DNA from: Chiloscyllium plagiosum
Taxonomy: Eukaryota
Assembly (NCBI RefSeq): GCF_004010195.1
Contig: NC_057716.1
Location: 106,196,576 to 106,260,575, forward strand
Reading direction: 5' to 3'
DNA length: 64,000 nucleotides
The notes beneath the pieces are model-generated. The model saw only the letters and a list, made by a program, of their open reading frames with translations, ran no database searches and had not been told where the DNA came from. The position numbers and the translations under genes were made by a program. Below, piece after piece: positions 26,010-37,884 of this stretch. Numbering within the stretch: the stretch's first letter is position 1; every line of letters begins with the position of its first letter.

Positions 26010-27290
26010 TAGAACGTTACAGCGCAGTACAGGCCCTTCAGCCTCAATGTTGCGCCAACCTGTGAAATTAATCTGATGACCATCTAACCTACACTATTCC
26101 ATTATTATCCGTATGTATGTCCAAAGCTTATTTAAATGCCCTTAACGTCAGCAAGTCTATTACTGTAGCAAGCAAGCCATTTCATGCTTCTATTATTCTC
26201 TGAGTAAGGAAACTACCCCTGATATCTGTCCTAAATCCATCACCCCTCAATTTAAACCCCCTCATGTTAGCCTTCACCATCCAAGGAAAAAAACTCTCAC
26301 TGTCCACCCTATCTAACCCTCTGATTATCTTATACATCTCGATTAAGTCACCTCTCAACCGTCTTCTCTCCAATGAAAACAGTCTCAGTTCCCTCAGCTT
26401 TTCCTCATAAGACCTTCCCTCCATACCAGGCAATATCCTAGTAAATCTCCTCTGATCCCTTTCCAAAGCTTCCACATCCATCTTATAATGTGGTGACCAG
26501 AACTGTACGCAATACTCCAGGTGCAGCTGCATCAGAGTTTTGTACAGCTGAAGCATGACCTCATGACTCCGAAACTCAATTCCTCTACCAATAAAAGCTA
26601 ACACATCATATAGGCGAAAGTGAGGACTGCAGATGCTGGAGATTAGAGTCAAGCTTAGAGTGGTGCTGGAAAAGCACAGCACGTCCAGCAGCATCCGTCG
26701 AGCAGGAAAATCGACGTTTCAGGAAGAGCCCTTCATCAGGGGGCTCCTGCCTGAAACTTCAATTTTCCTGCTCCTCGGATGCTGTCTAACCTGCTGTGCT
26801 TTTCCAGCACTGCTCTAATCTTGCCAACACACTATATGCCTTTTTAACAACCTATCAACCTGGGTGGCAACTTTCAGGGATTTATGCACCTGGTCACCGA
26901 AATCTCTCTGTTCATCTACACTGCCAAGAATTTTACCATTAGCCCAGTACTCTGCATTCCTGTTACTTCTTTCGAAGTGAACTACCTCACACTTTTCTGC
27001 ATTAAATTCCATTTGCCACTTCTCAGCCCAGCTCTGCATCTTATCTATGTTCCTCTGTAACCCACAACATCCTTCAGCACTGTCCACAACTCTGCCTACC
27101 TTCGCGTCATCTGCAAATTTACTAACCCATCCTTCCACGCCCACCTCCAGATCATTTATAAAAATGACAAACAGCAGTGGCTCCAAAACAGATCCTTGTG
27201 ACACACCACTGGTAACCGAGCTCCATGATGAATATTTCCCATCAACCACCACTCTGTCTTCTTTCAGCTAGCCAATTTCTGACCCAACTG
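26010..27290 (-). mobile_element. CR1 LINE RT/3' fragment with a Penelope inverted pair inserted at 26612-26822
   Basis: GVSQGSVLEP, KFADDAK, LEYCVQFWSPHY; frame interrupted by the palindromic insert. Confidence 0.88.
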
Positions 27291-28225
27291 AAAAGTTCTG
27301 ATTGACAACCCTCTGTCATAGAATCCAGAGACCTATAGCAGGGAGACAGGCCTATCCGCCAAAAATGGTCCATGCCGACCAAAATGTCCAGCCACGCTAA
27401 CCCCATTTCCCTACAGTTGGCACATACCTAATTGAAGAAATTAAGGAGAAAAATCAGTAAAATTGATGAACAAGAGGCACTGGTAAGAACACCATGTGTA
27501 CATCTTAGAGTAATAGAGATGTACAGCACGGAAACAGACCCTTCGGTCCAACCCGTCCATGCCGACCAGATATCCCAACCCAATCTAGTCCCACCTGCCA
27601 GAACCCGGCCCATATCCCTCCAAACCCTTCCTATTCATATACCCATCCAAATGCCTCTTAAATGTTGCAATTGTGCCAGCCTCCACCACATCCTCTGGCA
27701 ACTCATTCCATACATTTGAAGTGGAGCTGTCAGATGTTCAGATCCAAGTGTTCCCGTTTCTCCCTCACCTCAGTCCAAATGGTCACAGAGCCTGTGACCT
27801 GTGTATTTTATATTGCCCAGCCAGAGGGAAAGAGCCTGTCAGTGTCAAACCCAAAACAATTTGATGTGCTTCAGTCCTGACACCAACTGGGGCCACTACG
27901 TCCCTGCCCAAGGTGGCCGATTGCTCAGGAGATTATTTTAATGACCTGCTGTGCAGTGGAATCAGCCAGCCATTACTGCTGCAGCCTTCCTGAAATGGAA
28001 ACCTCGGCAGCTAATCCCAGCCTGGAGAGAGAAATCTCGGAATGAAGGGAATCTGACTCAAGGATGCTGCACTGACAATGACGGAGTCCCAGAGGAGGAG
28101 GATTGGCTGCAGCCATGGTAACAGCAGCCATGACAGGACAGGACAAGACCTGGCTCCGATTACTGTCTCCTCAGCTCACAGTCTGTCCCGAAATGGGGAG
28201 AGGGACTAGTATAAGAACGCGCAGA

Positions 28226-28515
28226 ATTAGAGGGCATAGGTTTAGGGTGAGAAGGGAAAGATATAAAAGAGACCTAAGGGGCAACTTTTTCACACAGAGG
28301 GTGGTACGTGTATGGAATCAGCTGCCAGAGGAAGTGGTAGAGGCTGGTACAATTACAGCGTTTAAAAGGCATCTGGAAGGGTATATGAATAGGAAGGGTT
28401 TAGAGGGATATGGGCCAAGTGCTAGTAAATAGATAAGGTTAGGATATCTGGTTGGCATGGAAGGGTTGGGCCGAAGGGTCTATTTCTGTGCTGTACATTG
28501 CTATGACACTATGAC
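28226..28515 (+). mobile_element. CR1 LINE 3' end
   Basis: RGHRFRVRRERYKRDLRGNFFTQRVV. Confidence 0.85.
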
Positions 28516-28625
28516 TGTAGGGTAGGAACCAACAAAAGAGTCCTCTTATTTCCTGGGATGTGGGGCATCGCTGGCTAGGCCAGCATTTTATTGGGCAGAA
28601 ATGCGTACTGCAGATGCTGGAGATT

Positions 28626-28664
28626 AGAACCTGATGAAGGGCTTTTGCCCGAAACATCGATTCT
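28626..28664 (+). ncRNA. Minimal hammerhead ribozyme motif (Penelope-associated)
   Basis: CTGATGA-a-GGGC-tttt-GCCC-GAAA-CATC; similar copies at 25766-25797(+) and 33831-33866(-). Confidence 0.6.
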
Positions 28665-29099
28665 CATGCTCCTTGGTTGCTGCCTGACCTGCTGTGCTTT
28701 TTCAGCACCACTCTAATCTTGACTCAGCATTTTATTATCCATCTCTAATTGACCCCAGTACTTGCTCAGCCATTGCAAAGGGCAGTTAAGAACCTACCAG
28801 ATTGCTGTGTGTCTGGAGTCACATGTAGGCCCGACCTGCTAAGGATGGCAGATAAAGGGCATCAGTAAAGCAAATGGGCTTTTACAAAAAAATTAAAGAA
28901 TGGTCACCATCACTGAGACCAGGTTTCAATTCCAGATTTTATTTTCATATCAACCTGCTCAGAAATGTTCTAAGCAAGGTAGGACTTAAAACCAGGGCTC
29001 CTAGCTCAGAGGTAAGGACACTACACTGCACCACAAGTGCCCACACCATTCCAGATGTTAATTTTTTTACATCCACAGTGCTCTTACACACAACAGAAC

Positions 29100-30050
29100 A
29101 ATGTTAAAAGAAAATGGACTCATTAACGATAGCATGGTTTTGTGTGGGGGGAGGTTGTGTCTCCCTAACCTGATCAAGCTTTTTGAGGAGGTGACGAAGA
29201 TGATTGATGAGGGAAAAGTGGTTGATGTTGTCTACATGGACTTCAGTAAAGCCTTTGACAAGGTCCCTCATGGCAGACTGGTATGAAAGGTGAAGTCACA
29301 TGGTATCAGGGTGAGCTGGCAAATTGGATACAGAACTGGCTTAGTCATAGGAGACAGGGTAGCGGTGGAAGGATGCTTTTCAGAATGGAGGTTTGTAACT
29401 AGTGGTGTTCCACAGGGATCAGTGCTGGGACCTCTGCTATTTGTGGTCTACATAAATGATTTGGAGGCAAAGGTAGCTGGTCTAATTAGTAAGTTTGTGG
29501 ATGATACAAAGATGGTTGAGTTGTGGATAGTGAGGAGGATTGTCAGAGAATACAGCAGGATATAGATCAGTTGGGAGCATGGGCAGAAAAATGGCAGATG
29601 GAGTTAAAACTGGACAAATGTGAGGTGGTGCATTTTGGAAAGTCAAGTACAGTGAATGGCAGAACCCTCAGGAGTATTGATATGCAGAGAGATCTGGGTC
29701 TGCAGGTTCACAGATCACTGAAGGGGGCAGCACAGGTAGGTAAGGTAGTAAAAAGGTCTATGGCATGTTTACCTTCATTGGCAGGGGTATTGAGTATAAG
29801 GATAGACTAGTTATGCTGCAGCTTTATAGAACTTTAGTGAGGCCACACTTGGAATATTGTGTACAGTTCTGGTCACCACACTATCAGAAGGATGTGGATG
29901 CTTTGGAGAGGGTACAGAAAAGGTTAACCAGGATGTTGCCTGGTCTGGGGGATTTTAGCTTTGAAAAGGCTGGATAGGCTTTTTCCCAGGGTGAAGGGGT
30001 CAAACACTAGAGGACGCAGATTCAAGGTGCAGAGTGGAGGGAAGTTTTAA
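29100..30050 (+). mobile_element. CR1 LINE RT fragment
   Basis: [41 protein letters not shown]. Confidence 0.9.
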
Positions 30051-30095
30051 AGAGTGGAGAGTTTGGCGCTGGAAAAGCACAGCAAATCAGTTTAT

Positions 30096-30418
30096 GGGCG
30101 GCACGGTGGCACAGTGGTTAGCACTGCTGCCTCACAGCGCCTGAGACCCGGGTTCAATTCCCGCCTCAGGCGACTGACTGTGTGGAGTTTGCACGTTCTC
30201 CCCGTGTCTGCGTGGGTTTCCTCCGGGTGCTCCGGTTTCCTCCCACAGTCCAAAGATGTGCAGGTCAGGTGAATTGGCCATGCTAAATTGCCCGTAGTGT
30301 TAGGTAAGGAGTAAATGTAGGGGTATGGGTGGTTGCGCTTCGGCAGGTCGGTGTGGATTTGTTGGGCCGAAGGGCCTGTTTCCACACTGTAATGTAATGT
30401 AATCTAATCTAATCTAAT
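30096..30418 (+). mobile_element. Full-length HE1-like V-SINE
   Basis: A box (tggcacagtgg), B box (ggttcaattcc), V-domain (tgtgtggagtttgcacgttctccccgtgtctgcgtgggtttcctccggg), (TAATC)n tail; inserted into a Penelope terminus. Confidence 0.88.
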
Positions 30419-30649
30419 CAGGCAACATCCGAGAAGCAGGAGAATCAATGTTTCTGTCAAGAGCCCTTCATCAGGAATGAGCTAGTCATTTTTGGTATGG
30501 AAGAGCAAAATGTGTCGGTGCAGGCTTGGAAGGCCAAAGGGCCTGTTTGTGTGCTGTAGTGTTCATTGTTCTTGTTCTCTTCCTCCATCACCAAGTCACC
30601 CACAGTAATATTTCCACTGATTAACCACCACGAGAGTAGGTCAGACTTT

Positions 30650-31295
30650 CAGAAAGGAATTCCAGGATTCTGACCCAGTGACACTGAAGGTACAGCGATA
30701 TAGTTCCAAGTCAGGATGATGAGTGGCTTGGAGGAGAATTTGCAGAGGGTGGTGTTCCTGTGTAACTGTTGCTCTTGACCTTCTAGATGGAGGTGGTTGT
30801 GGGTTTGGAAGGTGCTGTCTGAGGAACTTTGGTGAATTTCTTCAGTGCATCCTGTAAATGTTACACACTGCTACTACTGAGCGTCAGTGGTGGAGGGAGT
30901 GGATGTTTGTGGGTGTGGTGCCAATCAAGCGGTTACTTTGTCCTGGGTGGTGTTGAGCTTCTTGAGTGTTGTTGGAGCTGCCCCCATCCAGGCAAGTGGG
31001 GAGTATTCCATCACACTCCTGACTTGTGCCTTGTAGATGGTGGACAGGCTTTGGGGAGTCAGGAGGGGAGTTACTTGCTGCAGTATTCCCAGCCTCTGAC
31101 CTGCTGTTGTAGCCAATGCATTTATATGGTGAGTCCAGTTGAGTTTCTGGTCAATGGTAGCCCCCAGGATATTGATAGTGGGGGATTCAGGGATGGTAAC
31201 ACCATTGAATGTCAAGGGGCGGTGGTTAGATTATCTCGTAAGGAGATGGTCATTGCCTGGCATTTGTGTGGCGTTGATGTTACTTGCCACTTGTA
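30650..31295 (-). mobile_element. L2/CR1-superfamily LINE 3' fragment (distinct family)
   Basis: LNWTHHI...GQRLGIL...LSTIYKAQVRSVMEYSPLAW; related tail pieces at about 8320-8500 and 11460-11665. Confidence 0.75.
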
Positions 31296-31379
31296 ATGAT
31301 CAGCAAACATTCCCACTTCAGGCCTTGATGCTGTAAGACACAGGCAGGGTCTCTAATTGTAATATCAGCCGAGTTACGG

Positions 31380-31770
31380 TGCTATGAGAACATTAACCAG
31401 CTGTTGCGATGTCACTGGGGACATTTTAAGTTTCTCTCCGTATTAATTAAGCGCTCCTCAGTTATTTGATTACACAGCATGGATTCCACATTTAGGCCCA
31501 GAGTCCCCCGCGAGACCCCCAGACTGAGCACTATATAAGGGATGAGAAAGATCTGACTGTAAGTCAGTGGGGAGTTCACAATATGAGTGCTCAAGGTGCA
31601 CAGAGACCTGCTCCAAAGAAGGTTAATTGCTGTCTAGGAATGTGGAAGGGGAGGGCAATCACTCTCTGGCTCTACCTCCCTCTGTTCCCCCCTCCCACAC
31701 TGTCCCTCTCCCCGCCCACACCCTCCCCCAGCCCAACACGGGTTTATAAGGTGACCGCTCCCTTTCTCAA
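31380..31770 (+). promoter_or_regulatory. Putative muscle-type Pol II promoter
   Basis: E-box CAGCTG 31398-31403, CArG-like CTATATAAGG 31531-31540, GC box CCCCGCCC 31710-31717 with CACCC, TATA-like TATAAG 31745-31750, in non-repetitive sequence. Confidence 0.5.
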
Positions 31771-31878
31771 TCGGTTGTCGATCTCGCTGCTACTTTTCAA
31801 GAATATAAAATATTCTCCTTTCTAATAAATAAGAAGGAGGAAGTGGCTGCCTGAGGGAGGACTCAGTGATTCACCAGG
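31771..31878 (+). other. Putative non-coding first exon of a downstream gene (SPEGNB candidate)
   Basis: Starts about 25 bp after the TATA-like box, has no ATG, ends at a consensus donor AGG|GTAAGT (31879-31884). Confidence 0.45.
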
Positions 31879-32539
31879 GTAAGTGACAGAATGGAAATTC
31901 TCTCCACCAACTCAAAACCAACATTGTGTAGTATTTACTGAGGGGTGGGGTGATGTGTGGGAAGGGGCAATCAGGTCTAGCCTGGCGATAAGTTAACGTC
32001 AGCAACCTGCCAGGCTGTGAGGAGGTAGTGGTGTGTCACACGGGTGAATTGCTTGTTCCTTAGGGATAGAGAACTTTGCCTGTTCCCACCGCAATCAGTG
32101 AGGAAGGGTGAGGGATCCTCTCCACATTGCTCTCTGTTACCACCTGGACTTCCATGAACGATCCAGCTGTGGTACTCTAATGGGTAGCAGCACATCAAGG
32201 ATTCCCAGGATCGGGGAGAAATCAGGAAAACAAAACAAAAGGGAAACTTAAACTGTTCCCGATGTGCGGAGAGAAAGTTCTGGGAGAACGAATGAGAATA
32301 AAGGCTGGCAGTTTCCTCTCCAGCTGACGGCCTCCATCCTGGGAGTGGTTACATTGATTGGAATCTTCCCAAAGCTCCCTGGATTCTGGAAGGGTCTCAG
32401 GAGTTGGAAAAGCATAAATGTAACATCTCAGTTCAAGAAAGGAGGGAGAGTGAAAATGGGCAACTTCAGAGCAGTCAGTCTAAACTCTGATGTGGTGGTG
32501 CCTGGATTTGACTGGAGTTGGACAAGGTCAGAAGTCACA

Positions 32540-33078
32540 TAACACCAGGTTCGAGTCCAACACCAGGTTAAAATCCAACACCAGGTTAGAGTCCAAACCA
32601 GGTTAGAGTCCAACACCAGGTTAGAGTCCAACACCAGGTTAAAATCCAACACCAGGTTAGAGTCCAACACCAGGTTAGAGTCTAACACCAGGTTAGAGTC
32701 CAACACCAGGTTAGAGTCCAACACCAGGTTAAAATCCAACACCAGGTTAGAGTCTAACACCAGGTTAGAGTCCAACTCCAGATTAGAGTCCAACTCCAGG
32801 TTAGAGTCCAAATCTAGGTTATTGTCCAACACCAGGTTAGAGTCCAACACCAGGTTAAAATCCAACACCAGGTTAGAGTCTAACACCAGGTTAAAATCCA
32901 ACGCCAGGTTAGAGTCCAACACCAGGTTAAAATCCAACACCAGGTTAGAGTCCAACACCAGGTTAAAATCCAACACCAGGTTAGAGTCCACCACCAGGTT
33001 AGAGTCCAACTCCAGATTAGAGTCCAACTCCAGGTTAGAGTCCAAATCTAGGTTATTGTCCAACACCAGGTTAGAGTC
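32540..33078. repeat. 18-bp tandem array (ttagagtccaacaccagg), about 30 copies
   Basis: Direct reading; unit matches Penelope terminal sequence aacaccaggttatagtccaac. Confidence 0.95.
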
Positions 33079-33134
33079 AGTGATGAAGGGGCTACGCTTG
33101 TGATTTCAAATAAACCTGTTGGACTATAACCTGA

Positions 33135-33500
33135 TCACAGAGTCACAGAGTCCTACAGCACAGAGACAGGCCCTTTGCCCCAAACTAGTCCATGCTGACC
33201 AAAATACCCATCCACACTAACCCCATTTCCCTGCTCTTGGCCCATATCCTTCTAATCCTTTCCTATCCATGTATTTGTCCAAATGCCTTTTAAATGTTGT
33301 TAATGTACCCGCCTCAACCACTTCCGCTGGCAGCTCATTTCACATGCATAGCAGCCTCTGTGAAAAAAGGTTGCCCCTCAGGTTCCCTTTTATTCTTTCC
33401 CCTCTAACCTTAAACTGATATCCTCTAGTCCTTGATTTCCCAACCTGGAAAAAAAGACTGAGCGCATTCACCCAATCCATGCCTCTCATGATCTTATGTA
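33135..33500 (-). mobile_element. CR1 LINE 3' end
   Basis: Reverse complement of CR1 C-terminal coding region and tail. Confidence 0.75.
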
Positions 33501-33659
33501 CTGGTAGGGATTTTTGAGATGATTTATAGCTCAGGTTGATGATATGGATGTAAGTGTGCTCACTGAGCTGGAAGGTTTGTTTTCAGATGTTTCGTTACCA
33601 TGACTAGGTCATATCATCAGTGAGAGTCTCCAGTGTTGTATGACTTTGAGCTTAAACTC

Positions 33660-34990
33660 TGTCACTGGGAAAATACTGGAATCCATTAATAAAGCTGCAG
33701 TAACAGGACATTTAGAAAATCATAACGCAATTTGTTTGTGAAAGGTAAGTTGTGCTCGACTAATGTAAAGAGCTTGAAAATGTGTTGCTGGAAAAGCGCA
33801 GCAGGTCAGGCAGCATCCAAGAAACAGGAGAATCGACGTTTCGGGCATAAGTCCTTCTTCAGGAATGAGGAAAGTGTGCCCAGCAGACTAAGATAAAAGC
33901 AGCTTTTCATTGTCACTAAAGTTTCGAAAGACACAAAGGTGGGCAGAAAGCAAGCTCTGAGGGCGATTTCACGAGTCTGCAAAGAGACATCAACAGGTTA
34001 AATGAAAGAATTGGCATTTCAAATGTGAGAAAATACAAGGTGATGCATTTTAGCAGGAAAAGTCAAAATGCAAAGTGTTATTGAAATGGAGAGAGATTGC
34101 AGAACACTGAGGTACAGAGGGATCTGGGTATCCCTGTACATGAATCACAAACGGAGTGAGGTACAGAGGGATCTGGGTATCCCTGTACATGAATCACAAA
34201 TGGCTTACTGCAGGTACAGGAAGTGATTAGGAAGACAAATGTAAGGTTGACCTGTACCTAGAAATAGGAGAGGAATAGAGTGTGAGGGCCGAAGGAAAAG
34301 CAGGAGAATGGCACAAAGTAAGGATGTTTTGTTTGAAGAGCTGATGCAGGTGCCTCCTTTTAAGCAATGACAATTCTGTGATTATATCAAAGAGGTGAAG
34401 TATTAAGAAAAGGAAATCTTGCTGCGACTGGACTGGGTATAGCTGAGAACTGACCTGGAGGACTGTGTGCATTGTGGGACTCCTGACCAAAGGAGGGACA
34501 TGTGTGTAGTGGAGTGTGTAGTGGAGTCAGCTTAGAGGAGGTTCACTTGGCCGATTCCTGCGATGATGGGGCTGTCACACAAGGCAGGGCTGAGGAGGTT
34601 GGGCCTATCCTCATTGGCATTTGGGAGAACGAGAGGTGAGTTTATTGAAGGGGTAGGTATGGAGAGCTTGTTTCCCCTCTTGGGAGAGATTTGAAGAAGG
34701 GGTCACCGTTCGCAAATAGGGGGCTTCTCGTTTCGGACAGAGATGAGGAGAATTTATTTTTTCTCAGACGGTCATTAGTCCATGGAATTATCATCTCCAG
34801 AAAATAATGGAGGAAGATTCACTGAAGCTAGATCCTTGATTAGGAAGGGGGTCAAAGGTTATCAGGGATAAGTGAGACAGAGGGCCATGGCCATCATTTG
34901 TTTGGCTGTGATCTTGTCGATTGGCGGAGCACGTTCAAGGGGCTGAATGGCCTCCTCCTGTTCCTGACTCGGATGTTCCAGGTTCCTGTC
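33660..34990 (+). mobile_element. Old, highly degenerate CR1 LINE with nested Penelope ends
   Basis: Residual CR1 nucleotide motifs (gaggtacagagggatctggg, gatgaggagaattt, ggctgaatggcctcctcctgttcct); 49-bp tandem duplication at 34108-34200. Confidence 0.6.
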
Positions 34991-35716
34991 ATGTGGAACA
35001 CCGAGCTACTTGGAGAGGGTGGTCCCTTCATTCATTGAAAGGGAGAGTTGTTACCATCCTCACATTGGGTTCCGGTTGTGGGACAGGAACAGACAGTGCT
35101 GGAGAAACTCAGCAGGTCTTGTAGCATCTGCAGAGAGAAAGAAACAGAGTTAACGGTTAGAGTCTGGTGTGACTCTGCTTTCAGGTTGTGATGGTTTGTT
35201 ATGGAGAGCGTTGTATTCCCTATCCAACACCCGAAATACTCTCTGTCTTCCCCATTGCTGCTTCCTTAGGGATTGGAGTCTGTCAGATCATTGGGAATGT
35301 CTTGGAAGCAGGGAAGATGCAGGAGGTGGAAAAAATCCTGGAGCCAGAGCTAATGGCAGTGAGCTATTCTAACATTGACATGGTGGCTGAATGGCCTCTT
35401 TCAGTACTATACCCAGCCTGTGATTCGCTGAGTGAGACCAATATCTTGGTTTTAAGATAATCTGGGGGTTCCACAGTGACTGGTCCTGAGAGGAGGTTTT
35501 TATTCTGGTTTGATTGAAGTAACTGAGATAATGTCCCCGCGGTGGGATTTGAACCACTGTCAGTGGGATTACTCGCTGGGTGGAAGACTTTCTCTCCTGT
35601 TTCATCTTTACACTGACCGCACCACATCCATCACTCGGCCCCCCCTTCCCTGCTCCTCCCAGAGGGTGTAGGGACATGATGGTGAAGGAGCAGGCAGTGT
35701 TGTGGTCAATCCTTAG

Positions 35717-36216
35717 NNNNNNNNNNNNNNNNNNNNNNNNNNNNNNNNNNNNNNNNNNNNNNNNNNNNNNNNNNNNNNNNNNNNNNNNNNNNNNNNNNNN
35801 NNNNNNNNNNNNNNNNNNNNNNNNNNNNNNNNNNNNNNNNNNNNNNNNNNNNNNNNNNNNNNNNNNNNNNNNNNNNNNNNNNNNNNNNNNNNNNNNNNNN
35901 NNNNNNNNNNNNNNNNNNNNNNNNNNNNNNNNNNNNNNNNNNNNNNNNNNNNNNNNNNNNNNNNNNNNNNNNNNNNNNNNNNNNNNNNNNNNNNNNNNNN
36001 NNNNNNNNNNNNNNNNNNNNNNNNNNNNNNNNNNNNNNNNNNNNNNNNNNNNNNNNNNNNNNNNNNNNNNNNNNNNNNNNNNNNNNNNNNNNNNNNNNNN
36101 NNNNNNNNNNNNNNNNNNNNNNNNNNNNNNNNNNNNNNNNNNNNNNNNNNNNNNNNNNNNNNNNNNNNNNNNNNNNNNNNNNNNNNNNNNNNNNNNNNNN
36201 NNNNNNNNNNNNNNNN
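35717..36216. other. Assembly gap, exactly 500 N (fixed-size scaffold join)
   Basis: Counted N run; separates + strand SPEG 3' block from - strand SPEG 5' block. Confidence 0.95.
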
Positions 36217-36429
36217 AATTGGTAGAAATGATGAGCAGGGAGATGGGGTAAAGGCAGAAGATTGGTGCTGGGGGATAGAACCAATACAAGCACAATGGAC
36301 TGAATGGCCTCCTGGATTGATTTTGTCTCAGTCTACAGAATGTTCCAGTTATAGACCACATTTAAGGTGCTCTAATCCGTCAATTTTTATATCATTTACT
36401 TATTAATTCATTGTGAATTTTAAAAATAC

Positions 36430-36800
36430 CATAGAGTCATACAGGACGGAAGTAGACCCTTCAGCCCAACTTGTCCATGCCAATCCTGTTTCCTAAACTG
36501 ACCTAGTCCCATTTGCCAGCATTTGGCCCATATCCCTCTCAACCTTTCCTACTCATGCATCTTCCAGATGCCTTTTAAATGCTGTAATTGTACCAGCCTC
36601 CACCACTTCCTCTCATTCATACACACACCACCCTCTGAGTGAAAAAGTTGTCCCTTAGATCCCTTTTAAATCTTTTCCATCTCACCTTAAACCTATGCCA
36701 CCTAGTTTTGGACTCTACTACCCTGGGGAAAAGACCTTGGCTATTCACCGTATCCATGTCCCTTCCTGATTTTATAAAACCCTATAAGGGCACCCCTCAC
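36430..36800 (-). mobile_element. CR1 LINE 3' end
   Basis: Same family as 11670-12520. Confidence 0.8.
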
Positions 36801-37120
36801 TGGGGTTGTAGTTAAGAGGCAGGGAACGTTGGGTTGTGACAGGATAGTGTCCTGTTTGGGGTTTCACCATCTGCTTCGGATTAGGTGAACACAACTGCAG
36901 CAAGATTACCTTCCTGTTTTGCTCCATATCGTCTCTAAGAAATGATTACATCCCAATTGCCTTCCTCATCGTTGCCCGCACTGATATATTAGCATTCTGG
37001 TGGGAGCAATGAGACATGCAATATATTTTGGGAGGTGCTTAGGAAAAGAAAGGTGCTGTGCATATGCCAATGCAGTGTCTTTCTTTAGGCGAGTGTCACA
37101 TGGCCAGTGCAATGTCCTAC

Positions 37121-37264
37121 CTTGAGGCATAGGTGTTCCAGTGATGATACATTTCAGAAGGACTGACGCCCCCACAGTGACCACAGAGTCGGTGATGCTA
37201 ATCTCAAATACTGGTGGCTCTAACGGATCTTCACCGGCCGAGACATAGGAATCATCCGAGGATT
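37121..37264 (-). CDS. SPEG: SPEG N-terminal exon (about exon 5; start of an Ig domain)
   Basis: ggcag|AA acceptor, G|gtagga donor on -; (E)[47 protein letters not shown] matches [15 protein letters not shown]...VLLKCII. 144 bp, in frame. Confidence 0.95.
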
Positions 37265-37884
37265 CTGCCAAACACAAAGAGGCCACATTTTGTTCATTCA
37301 GACCATCGTAAGTTTGGGACTGTAGGGAATGATTCCACAAAAGCACCTTGTCCTGTAGATCTTTGAAGCACTGAATGTCAAAATGGAATTGAGACAAAGC
37401 AAGCAGCTAACTGTGAATATTGTGAATTGTCTTCCTCGACAGACTTCGTCACCACCCTCCCCTCCCTCTCGTGACAGCCATTGTCAACTTGTCAGCTTCC
37501 CTCCATTGGCTTCTCTCAGAGTCAGTAGCACTCAGTCCCCAACTTAGCCCCTGACCCTCCTCATGGGCAACTTTACACATTTCAGACAGGGCTGGGGAGG
37601 AATTTCTTCTCTCAGACGGGAGTGAATCTGTGGAATTCCTTACCACACAGGGCATTCAGGGCTGGGCCACGAAGTATATTCAAGGCTGAGATAGACAGAT
37701 GTTTAATTAGAAAGGGAATCAAGGGATATGGGGAAAAGGCATGAAACTCCAGTTGAGGATAATCAGATCTGACATAATCTCATTGAATGACAGAGCAGAT
37801 TTGATGGGCTGAATGGCTTACTTCTGCTCCCAGCGATTATAGTCTTATGATCCAACTTATAACCACCCCTTTGGGCAAACTGTC

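Noticed and set aside
30096-30170. tRNA-like sequence with A and B boxes
   Set aside because: Head of an HE1-like SINE continuing into V-domain and tail; several copies in the window.
32428-33103. Repetitive ORFs (LDSNLV)n and (SNTRLE)n; CRISPR-like look
   Set aside because: By-product of an 18-bp tandem repeat; no unique spacers, no splice or start context.
35580-35716. Possible exon at the gap edge (SPEGNB or SPEG exon 6)
   Set aside because: No frame on either strand resembles an Ig or IQ domain.
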